Shown: positions 27,901 to 34,259 of the stretch, piece after piece
Numbering within the stretch: position 1 is the first letter of the stretch
Layout of the letters: each line of letters begins with the position of its first letter
Source: a virus
Lineage: Duplodnaviria; Caudoviricetes
Direction: 5' to 3' (one strand)
DNA length: 37,168 bases
Virus record (IMG/VR): IMGVR_UViG_3300005931_000036
Location: 1 to 37,168 of that record
Translations under genes and position numbers: made by a program
The notes under the pieces: model-generated
What the model was told of the DNA's origin: nothing
Database searches by the model: none
What the model saw: the letters and a program-made list of their open reading frames with translations, nothing else

Positions 27901-28189
27901 TAGTTGTACCCGTTGTAAATTGTGCTAATGTGTTTGAACCTGCAATACTTGTTAACTTAACAGATGTGTACTCTGTGTCAATAGATACTTGACCAGGGAT
28001 AATCATTGCTCCTTTTTTGAACAGATGATCGCCAACTCTCTCAATTTGGTTTTGTAATAGTGTTTGTGACTGTGTTAATTCTCTCGCTTGAACTGCAAAT
28101 GACGGTCTAAAAAGTATTCTGTGAAACTTTTTTGACTCTGTAAAGTCATCATAATAAGGCGAGAGGTTAAAGTCTGTTGGACTTGGCAT
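21920..28189 (-). CDS. Giant virion structural protein, VrlC/DUF4815-like
   Basis: 2089 aa; PYYDDF...ILFRP...VQARELTQ.Q, APGAHR, LARRTFDESGDY, RYTMRDIG, DRFKNGFVVDNF and DPLAQSF. Confidence 0.9.
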   Translation of the reverse strand: MPSPTDFNLSPYYDDFTESKKFHRILFRPSFAVQARELTQSQTLLQNQIERVGDHLFKKGAMIIPGQVSIDTEYTSVKLTSIAGSNTLAQFTTGTTITGGTSGVVAKIVSTEATDGTDPDTLYVKYNKTGTNNTDLVFSDGETITGTNSDSVSLSAVVATTHTGSAAAIETGVYYINGFFVQIDTGSLVLDKYTNTPSYRVGFTVTESFVTPNDDATLNDNAAGSSNANAPGAHRFKILLSLAKKTLASTEDENFYEIARVEEGITKSIVRSTEYAVLEDTLARRTFDESGDYVLTNPDFDVREHLSSGNNRGIYTGGNGGLATKLALGVSPFKAYVKGYESERIGTTFVDVEKARDFETANNHKTRFNVKNFINVNNVYGQPDVGFVSGDVEAFKTVNLFDTKTAVRGTQQSTVGTTVPQIGRAKSRGFETVSATESSDINATSSIYRHYLFDIEMFTHLNLTTSASFSTGEVVSGATSGATGTVQSVTATKSAAIAITAANPSVATLSSHGFRDGQQITLTGGTYSVNSTVNSGARVCVVRNTTTNTFELFDSDGTTSLNVTAQSGNPTASHTVVVLSNVSGTFSASEVISGATSSATGTIQADTLGFNGVKTRDINSVKQIGMAGSPTYTADADTTSTYGSNTTITGNVTVANSDATVFGKGTNFTTDLKIGDTVSFTNNANGTVSGIVKYIVSQTELELTANVGGSDVTTASVLTVKRAKLTNPENNISIFDLPHVTIKTLKTTANSDATDTNFNVRRNFTGTLSSNGDVTITAGTNETFASFASDDFTATVMTTGAGGTGAVGDVLNLGGNNHEGDSIFTLGGSPTGKTLTVDLGANFQGHKLKILATIVRTVAGSKTKALNSGSTVAISTQATIESGTIGLGKADIFKINNVYMSPAFGTVATTSHTDITNRFNLDNGQRDNFYDIGRLKLKPGAIRPTGRLLVNFDFFSHGSGDYFDVDSYAGVIDYEDIPSYNSDTTGSKFQLRDCLDYRPRVDDASTINSGNNDRSFDGTGGSTIDIPQFNSDITTDFEFFLNRIDKVFITRQGDLKILKGASAINPLEPGNLDGHLLLATLTIPSYTLNTDEVLVRAEDNSRYTMRDIGSLENRIKNIEYYTQLSLLEADAQSLQIQDENGFDRFKNGFVVDNFTGHNVGDVGNNDYKLSIDRARGEARTPFSEDVIEMEEVDDDLTSILAADRTAANYAKTGDLITLPYTEATYLEQPYATKTENLNPFLVFNWIGNVELDPPVDEWKETRVAPELVVNLNGTFDNLARELGLSNTSQELPVGTEWNEWQDQWSGNPRSSNSWQGNSLVQTTSRDVVQTRAGIRTTIVPQSVRQSLGARVMSVNFIPFIRSRTITFEGYGLRPNTKVYGYFDNIVITAYITPDGGSLGGNLITDTNGYVKGSFAIPDPNNTSNPKWRTGKRIFRLTSSSTNSEDRTNVATSAEGDYSAKGLLETTQEAIVATREASIQRTSVTSSQTTTRTASRVVAVRQPQNNNRGGGGDPLAQSFIIDDTDGVYITSLDAFFATKSDTIPVRAEIRNMINGYPGQKVIPFAQKYLNPGSVNTSTDGSTATTFTFNSPVYLQEGIEYCIVLYSDSTDYTAYIARLGEKALDTNRTVSKQPSSGVLFKSANYRTWTPEQMEDMKFKLKKAVFDTTTSGTLTLANATLPVKTLDTNSLRTFNGTGIIRVFHKNHGMHSITDNVIIAGIPAGTYNGIAHSAINGTYTSISNITLDSYDITTAGTANATGDVGGTAVTATQNRLYDVLQPQIGHIVQPATALTATLRTTTGRSVHGSETAFSLQATSAAENIVIGDNYYFDNPKLVASDINQTNEMSGSKSIVMNFVMSSTNANLSPVIDLKRINAFAITNRLNNPTISSTSTFTGDGSTVAFTLSGTPSSVHILSIKKDGKKLQPVDDFTVSGTTLTMGVAPASGSKVIAKITNTVDYEDDTAIEGGSSSGSYITKPINLANASTALDVRLAASVRSSSSIKCFFRLSGGEETRRIEDIEFTPFNIDGTSDVTVDPSNGDVVLDVDFKDYKFSKKDLPEFTSFQIKIVINGTVSSLPARLKDFRTIALAL

Positions 28190-28200
28190 TTATTTTCCCT

Positions 28201-29661
28201 CTAAAATTCAATTATTAATTTAACATTCTCAGTTTGATCTGAAGCTCTTGTAATTGGTGCTCTATTTTCTACATATAAAACATCACCAACATCAGCGTCT
28301 AACTCACCAGCACTATATCCACTTGTAAATGCTATACTATCTACCGTTGTTGATGAAGTTGATGGTGTAGCTGTAGCACTTGAACTTTGTCCTGTGATAG
28401 TATTAGTACCAGAAAACGCTGTTTGATTACCGTTAGTATCAACACCTTCATCATTAAATCTTGTTTGTATGTAATAAAGAATATTGTTTGAACTATCCCA
28501 TTCTACAACTTTACCGACTGCGCCAGTAGTTGCTTGATTAATTTCTTCATCTGCTGTAAAAGTACCAGATGGACTTGTCACTAAAACTGCTTTTGTACCT
28601 CTTAAAGTAGTTGCCGATGCGGGCGAACCACCTGACTTAGGGTCTCTCATTAAAGCAACTCGTCTAAAATCATTTGCAGTTGTAAAGTCACCAGAGTTTG
28701 CTGCTTCAGTAGCTTCAAAGTTAGTGTTCAACATTACAAAATACCCACCTAATTCTTGTACTGCATTAAATCCATGTCCGCCTCTTGGCTCAACAATACA
28801 ATCTAATTCTGTACCTGATAAACTTGTTGCACCAGCAGCCACAATATCTGCAACTCTAATATATCCAAAAGTGTATCCTGAACCTGCGTTTGTGACTGTC
28901 ACAGATGTGACTGCACCACCAGAAACAACACAAGTCACTACTCCACCTGTACCATCTCCTCTAATTGCTATACTAGTGTGCGTACCATTAGTACCACTTG
29001 CACCAGCAGTTTTAATTTTTACAACATTTATTGCTCCAGCAGTAGCTGCTGAACTAACTGTTGAATCAGTTGCAACTGCCATAAAGTCTGTTGATAAAAA
29101 GTTTGCTGCTTGAGCCGCTGATAGTGAATACATATATTTCCATTTGTATCCATCTCCAGTTGATAAAATAGATGTAGATGTTCCAGTAGGTTCTACTGTT
29201 GAATTAGCATTACTATTGTTATCTAAACATTTGTAAACATGGTTTGCACTTGATAGTACATAATAAGTAGCGTCAAATAAAGTAGTCGCACCACTATTTG
29301 CTGCTTGTACTGAAGTACCACCTGTTATTCTATTACCATAGTCGTGTCTGTAATAATCGTAAACTGTACCTGTTGCCCAATTTCTTCTTGGTATAACATA
29401 TGAAATATCTGAACTAGAAATTTTCTTAGCCGCCAACATATCATCAAAATAAAAGAACTCATCTTGTATTGAATCTACTGGTGTTAGAGGAGCTGAATCT
29501 GAACCCTCATTTGTTGTTCTACTATCACCTCTAGTTGATGTAGCAAACGCTTGAGGTCTACCAATACCCATGTAATACACATTTGCTCCAGATTCAGTAA
29601 AAGACTCTGTAAACTGTTCTGCGTTGTGTATTCTAAATTTATTTGTTATTATTGCTGGCAT
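28201..29661 (-). CDS. gp8: Baseplate wedge subunit
   Basis: 486 aa; MPAIITNKFRI.NA, VIPRRNW, VYKCLDN, DGYKWKYMY, GGHG and YVENR.PITRA.DQTE..K.IIEF. Confidence 0.93.
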   Translation of the reverse strand: MPAIITNKFRIHNAEQFTESFTESGANVYYMGIGRPQAFATSTRGDSRTTNEGSDSAPLTPVDSIQDEFFYFDDMLAAKKISSSDISYVIPRRNWATGTVYDYYRHDYGNRITGGTSVQAANSGATTLFDATYYVLSSANHVYKCLDNNSNANSTVEPTGTSTSILSTGDGYKWKYMYSLSAAQAANFLSTDFMAVATDSTVSSAATAGAINVVKIKTAGASGTNGTHTSIAIRGDGTGGVVTCVVSGGAVTSVTVTNAGSGYTFGYIRVADIVAAGATSLSGTELDCIVEPRGGHGFNAVQELGGYFVMLNTNFEATEAANSGDFTTANDFRRVALMRDPKSGGSPASATTLRGTKAVLVTSPSGTFTADEEINQATTGAVGKVVEWDSSNNILYYIQTRFNDEGVDTNGNQTAFSGTNTITGQSSSATATPSTSSTTVDSIAFTSGYSAGELDADVGDVLYVENRAPITRASDQTENVKLIIEF

Positions 29662-29677
29662 TTTATTTCCTTATCAA

Positions 29678-29685
29678 TATTTATA
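29678..29685 (-). promoter_or_regulatory. T4-type late promoter (gp8)
   Basis: TATAAATA 16 nt upstream of the gp8 ATG. Confidence 0.88.
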
Positions 29686-29695
29686 ATCGTTTTTG

Positions 29696-29789
29696 TTATG
29701 GTTTCGTAGGCCATACTAAATTACTTAAATTTACTGCTATCAGCAGTAAATTGGATTCTTACTCCATCTACTAGTTTGTATCTTGGCAT
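29696..29789 (-). pseudogene. Remnant of a tail fibre assembly chaperone gene (internally deleted, frameshifted)
   Basis: Late promoter and SD AAGGAG precede MPRYKLVDGVRIQFTADSSKFK* (29721..29789); the +1 frame ends NLSNLVWPTKP* (stop 29696-29698), a typical chaperone C-terminus; 94 nt total, not a multiple of 3. Confidence 0.75.
29728..29752. repeat. Perfect 11-bp inverted repeat with 3-nt spacer at the deletion junction
   Basis: AATTTACTGCT-ATC-AGCAGTAAATT. Confidence 0.9.
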
Positions 29790-29814
29790 TGTTAAGTTTC
29801 TCCTTGTTCTCTTT

Positions 29815-29822
29815 TATTTATA
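29815..29822 (-). promoter_or_regulatory. T4-type late promoter (chaperone remnant)
   Basis: TATAAATA 25 nt upstream of the ATG at 29789. Confidence 0.85.
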
Positions 29823-29827
29823 ATAGA

Positions 29828-30013
29828 TTACGAAAGACCATACATAGTAATTAAACCATCTATATAGGTTCCTGTATCTCTAAAAAATCTTATTTTTGTT
29901 AAAGCTGCTGGTATTGATGTAGCATTGGCTATTGAAGCATTTTCTATTAGTGGTCTATTAATAACACCACCTGTTAAAACATTGTAAGCTAAATTTCTAG
30001 TTATTGTACCCAT
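29828..30013 (-). pseudogene. In-frame internally deleted fibre-tip gene (61 aa ORF still open)
   Basis: N-terminal anchor MGTITRNLA...NASIANATSIPAAL is joined directly to TKIRFFRDTGTYIDGLITMYGLS, which matches the last two strands (IRF...G.I.MYG) of a common, longer phage tip domain. Confidence 0.6.
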
Positions 30014-30014
30014 A

Positions 30015-31532
30015 TTAGTTTAACCTTAATAATCTTATGCTGATCTCAGCAGATGCTGCTGGAGCAGTCACAAATGTTAGAGTTGTGCCTGAAACTGAAT
30101 AGTCATCTGTAGGTGTCATTAATACACCATTGACTGTTGTTATTAAATCATTGACTGTTCTACCAGATGCGATTGTAAATCCTACTGTTGATCCATCACC
30201 TGTTGCTGCTGTATTAGTATATGTAGCAGAACCTGATAAAGGTAAATATCTAATTGAAATTTTATTACCTGCGCCTGGCGCAGCAGCAAATGTTAATGTA
30301 GTACCTGAAATTGTATAGTCAGTAGTAGGAACAAATATTAATCCGTTTACTGTCACAATTACATCATTAACTGCTCTACCAGCTGAAATAGTTGTTGTAG
30401 CTGTAGAACCATCTCCTGTAGCAGTACCGTTTGAATATGTTAAAGCACCATTTGAAAATCCACCAACGACTTGTATAACATGACCCATGTATGCGTGGCT
30501 AGAACATTGATAGTATAATGTTAAAGGTGTATCTTTATCAATAACTATTTGAGTATAAGCACCACCACTTCCTGGTGTACCATTTGTAGTGACACCTGTT
30601 GTATATGCTTCAGCTTTAGCTGGGTCTTGGTAAAATAATAATGGGTGACCTGAGTTTGTACCGCTTGCTTGGTCAAATCTATATATACCTGGTGATAATT
30701 GTAAAGCTGGACCTTGGTCACCATCTAAAACAAATTTGTTTGATGAACCTGTACCATTATAATAATGTTCTGCTGCTTGAGCGGCAACTGTCACTACTAT
30801 GGTTTTTGTAGGTGTAGCTGAAGATGATCTATGAGATATATAACCTACATCTCTAACCACTGCGTTTGCTTGGTCTAAATCTGTACCACCAGAAAATCCT
30901 GTTAATGTAATTGTATTACCAGAAATAGCTGATGTGACTGAACCAGCGAATACTAATGTTTCTCCTAGAGCAACAGTATCAGTTGATGAATCACTTCCTT
31001 CTATTGTAATTATTGAATTAGCTAATTTTGCGTTTGCGATAGAGCCAGCTAATTGACCACTTGTTATCGCAGCACTACCTGTTAAGTTTGAAGTAGTTAA
31101 ACCTGTAATCGTATTATTACCAGCAGCGATAGTTTTATTAGTCAATCCTTGTGTACCTGCTAGTGTTGCCACCGTTGCGTCAATAGCAAAAGATACTTGA
31201 TCTGTCGCAACACCAGTTGTTGTAATACCTGTACCACCAGCTAATAATAAAGTGTTGCCAGTTGAAATTGTTTGATTTGTCCCACCATCACCGGAAACAA
31301 TGAAATCTGAATTTGCTGCAGCTGTACCTGGTTTGAATTTACCAGTACCTGAATCAAATACTAATGCTTGTCCATTAGTTGCGCCTGCTACTGAAAAAGT
31401 AATTGTAGTGCCATCACCTAATGCTGTATAAATTTCTGTAAAGTTATCGTTAACTAAATCACCACCAGCACGAATTGTACTACCTGTACCATCGTTAGCA
31501 GTTGTTCCTATATTAATTATTTGTTTGGCCAT
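30015..31532 (-). CDS. Baseplate-anchored fibre (gp9/gp10-like N-terminus) with cupredoxin-like domain and two GDGST repeats
   Basis: 505 aa; MAKQIINIGTTANDGTG...NDNFTEIY (gp9/10-like), GHPL...YYQCSSHAYMG, and two GDGST...DY.ISGTTLTF..AP units. Confidence 0.82.
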   Translation of the reverse strand: MAKQIINIGTTANDGTGSTIRAGGDLVNDNFTEIYTALGDGTTITFSVAGATNGQALVFDSGTGKFKPGTAAANSDFIVSGDGGTNQTISTGNTLLLAGGTGITTTGVATDQVSFAIDATVATLAGTQGLTNKTIAAGNNTITGLTTSNLTGSAAITSGQLAGSIANAKLANSIITIEGSDSSTDTVALGETLVFAGSVTSAISGNTITLTGFSGGTDLDQANAVVRDVGYISHRSSSATPTKTIVVTVAAQAAEHYYNGTGSSNKFVLDGDQGPALQLSPGIYRFDQASGTNSGHPLLFYQDPAKAEAYTTGVTTNGTPGSGGAYTQIVIDKDTPLTLYYQCSSHAYMGHVIQVVGGFSNGALTYSNGTATGDGSTATTTISAGRAVNDVIVTVNGLIFVPTTDYTISGTTLTFAAAPGAGNKISIRYLPLSGSATYTNTAATGDGSTVGFTIASGRTVNDLITTVNGVLMTPTDDYSVSGTTLTFVTAPAASAEISIRLLRLN

Positions 31533-31653
31533 TGTTCTCTCTTAATAGTGATATTCTATCATTTGGTTTAGGGGGTGTCTTAAAAGTAATACTATTATCT
31601 TCTAATTTATACTCCTCTTTTGTTAAAACTTTATCATTTATCTTAACAATCAA
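31513..31653 (-). CDS. Unannotated 46-aa micro-ORF (TTG start), partial GDGST-type domain
   Basis: Late promoter, AGGA SD, then MIVKINDKVLTKEEYKLEDNSITFKTPPKPNDRISLLRENNGQTNN*; aligns by eye with VIVTVNGLIFVPTTDYTISGTTLTFAAAPGAGNKISIR. Confidence 0.65.
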   Translation of the reverse strand: MIVKINDKVLTKEEYKLEDNSITFKTPPKPNDRISLLRENNGQTNN

Positions 31654-31667
31654 TTTCCTGTTATTAT

Positions 31668-31675
31668 TATTTATA
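31668..31675 (-). promoter_or_regulatory. T4-type late promoter
   Basis: TATAAATA just after the gp7 stop. Confidence 0.88.
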
Positions 31676-31682
31676 ATCATAA

Positions 31683-34259
31683 TTAAACTGCATCAAAGGT
31701 AATGCTTGTATTATCAAATGAAGCTCTATCTTCATCAAAACTATCGTTAGATATATGGAATATTTCAGCTGGTAAAGCAAATTGAGTTTTTAGTTTATGT
31801 GAAAAATCACCTAAAACATTTAATTCACCATCAATACTAGCATTTAGTGTTCCCATTAATCTTAAATCGTTTAATTGTGCCAGTTGTATTTGACTAGCGT
31901 AATGGGTATTTAATATTAAATGAGATAAAGAGTGTAAGTTAGGACCAGCTACAGCTCTACCGTATTTGGTAGTATTATTTCTAATTGTAGTTAACTCTTT
32001 AAATTTCAAGTCAAATCTCATATGTCTAACTAAAGTTATATCTCTTGTATTAGGTGTAAAGTGTTCAACTGTACTATCTGTAAAATCTGGATCAATTCCT
32101 CTTTCAGAATTTGCTCTTAAAGAAGTACCATCATCTGTTGTACCTAATCTTCTACCAAATATTGTAGAGAATAAAGTATTTACAATTGATGCAATTTGTT
32201 CGTAATCTACACCAGAATTAATTCCTGTTATCTGTTTTATTTGAGCATCAATTTGTGATTGAATGTCTACTTGTCCTGTGAAATAAAAACCAGATGTATG
32301 CATAGTCTTCTTAAAACTATCTCTCCAGTCAGCTATTGTACGACCAACTTTAATTACATAAGAAAAATCTTGGTAGTATAAACTATCTTGTACTCTCATT
32401 GAAGTTTCGGAAGTCCAACTATCTTGGTTTATAAAAGTACCAGCTGTATCAACAACATTACCTATTGTCATTGTTGCTGTTGCTAAATCATTTTTTTCTA
32501 CTGTAGCAGTTGCACCACCACTAGAAGTTATAGGTGTATTTTCAGCAAAGACACCTGTTGAACTAGAAACTTTTAATACACCTGTACTTAATGTATAAGA
32601 CACTACGGTAGCTGTTATTGCTGTTGAAGAACTGTTAACACCTGAAATTGTATCACCAGCTAAAAAAGAACCTGTTAAATTTGATATAATTAAATAACTT
32701 GGTAATGCTAATGTAGGTGGAGAGGGTGACGCTTCATAACCTGCGCCAGACTCAATAATCTTTACTCCTAGTATTCTACCTATATCTGTACCATAAGCAT
32801 AGACAACTGCGCCTGAGCCAGTTGTAGTAGCTGCTGCTACCACTGGTAAAGATTTATAATTATTTCCAGCTGATATAATTCTTATATCTGTAATATCGTT
32901 TGAGCCTGATCCACTTTCTTGTACAATCTTATTTCCTGTGTACGAATCACCTCTAGTTGTTTCATCTTCTAATACAATGTGATCAGTAGAAGTAGCACCA
33001 ACTGTTCCGTTTTCTGTTGTAATACCACCATTAACAACTGAAACTTTTGCTCTTGCTGAACCACCACCTGTGTTTGTATTTGTAAATACTATATCATCAC
33101 CAATCTCATAACTTGAACCACCACTTGCTATTATAAATTCTGTAATACCACTACGACCAACTGCATCAACTTGAACAATAGCTCCTTGTCCACCACCTGT
33201 TGTTGTTATCGAATCATTTTCACTATACAAACTACCATCGTTAGTAATTGTTGTTGTACTAGGTATTCCTGTGATTGTAGCTTTAATGTAAATATCATCT
33301 TCATCACTTGCTGTACCTCTGATAACTTCACCAGTAGTAAAGGTGCCTACAATTGTATCAGCGTTTAATATAAATTCTGATACTTCATTTATACCTATTT
33401 GAAATTTAAATATGTTTTCTATGATAGCAGTTGCACCAGAAGTTTCACCTTCTATTGAACGACCAATTAATTGTGATGTTTCACCATTTACAGTAAGTGC
33501 TCTTAATATCTTACTTGTACTCCATTTACCATCTGATGCTCTTAAAATATTTTCTCTAGGATATATTGTTTCAGATTCTAGGCCAAATAACAATCTAAAA
33601 AATAATTGATGTCCACGATTAGTACCTTTTGCTTTGTAAACTGATTTAATATTTTTAATTAACTTTCTTTTATCAACACCTGTACTTAAAATTTCAGGTA
33701 GAGTGTTTAAAAACTCATTTCTAAACTTTGTTAAGAAACTAGATATTGCTTTATCTGGATCTCTAAAGTTTAATAAATCTTGTATTGTGTTTACAGGGTT
33801 AGGTTTGTAATTATTGATTATTGCTGTTGCGATTGAACTAGCACCTACTATTGTTTCACCATCAATAAATTTATCTTGTGCTGATATGAAAAGTCTATTG
33901 TTATTTAAATCTTCAGCAAGAACTGTTGCTGTTGCGTTTGAAGTTTGTCCAGTAATTGTTTCACCTCTAGTAAACTTACCAAAAGTTGTACTTTCCAAAA
34001 GTATCTTATCACCAGCATCTAATTGTGTTCTATCTGTATCAATACGAGAACCATCTAAAATTAATTCATTTGTTTGAGCAGTTTCTGTTTCTAGTTGAAT
34101 GCCGTCAGTTGTTTGAACAGAAGTCACACCTAACTCGGCAGACTCCATAAAAGTATAATAAGTTTTTAAAAACTCTAAAAATTTAGGGTGTTGTTCTAAT
34201 ACGAACTCTGGAACCTGTTGATTGACCAGGTTGGATATTTTGTCTGTGAACTTAGCCAT
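31683..34259 (-). CDS. gp7: Baseplate wedge initiator, gp7-like
   Basis: 858 aa after gp6; QQVPEFV...FLEFLKTYY, LIKNIKSVYKAKGT, RASDGKW, VQDSLYYQDFSYVIK and a C-terminal SFD...TFD motif. Confidence 0.85.
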   Translation of the reverse strand: MAKFTDKISNLVNQQVPEFVLEQHPKFLEFLKTYYTFMESAELGVTSVQTTDGIQLETETAQTNELILDGSRIDTDRTQLDAGDKILLESTTFGKFTRGETITGQTSNATATVLAEDLNNNRLFISAQDKFIDGETIVGASSIATAIINNYKPNPVNTIQDLLNFRDPDKAISSFLTKFRNEFLNTLPEILSTGVDKRKLIKNIKSVYKAKGTNRGHQLFFRLLFGLESETIYPRENILRASDGKWSTSKILRALTVNGETSQLIGRSIEGETSGATAIIENIFKFQIGINEVSEFILNADTIVGTFTTGEVIRGTASDEDDIYIKATITGIPSTTTITNDGSLYSENDSITTTGGGQGAIVQVDAVGRSGITEFIIASGGSSYEIGDDIVFTNTNTGGGSARAKVSVVNGGITTENGTVGATSTDHIVLEDETTRGDSYTGNKIVQESGSGSNDITDIRIISAGNNYKSLPVVAAATTTGSGAVVYAYGTDIGRILGVKIIESGAGYEASPSPPTLALPSYLIISNLTGSFLAGDTISGVNSSSTAITATVVSYTLSTGVLKVSSSTGVFAENTPITSSGGATATVEKNDLATATMTIGNVVDTAGTFINQDSWTSETSMRVQDSLYYQDFSYVIKVGRTIADWRDSFKKTMHTSGFYFTGQVDIQSQIDAQIKQITGINSGVDYEQIASIVNTLFSTIFGRRLGTTDDGTSLRANSERGIDPDFTDSTVEHFTPNTRDITLVRHMRFDLKFKELTTIRNNTTKYGRAVAGPNLHSLSHLILNTHYASQIQLAQLNDLRLMGTLNASIDGELNVLGDFSHKLKTQFALPAEIFHISNDSFDEDRASFDNTSITFDAV

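Noticed and set aside
21920-34259. F..GE.I.G..S.A.A.V repeats in gp7, gp8 and the giant protein
   Set aside because: Real, but a routine beta-repeat of baseplate proteins in aquatic T4-like phages and not novel on its own.
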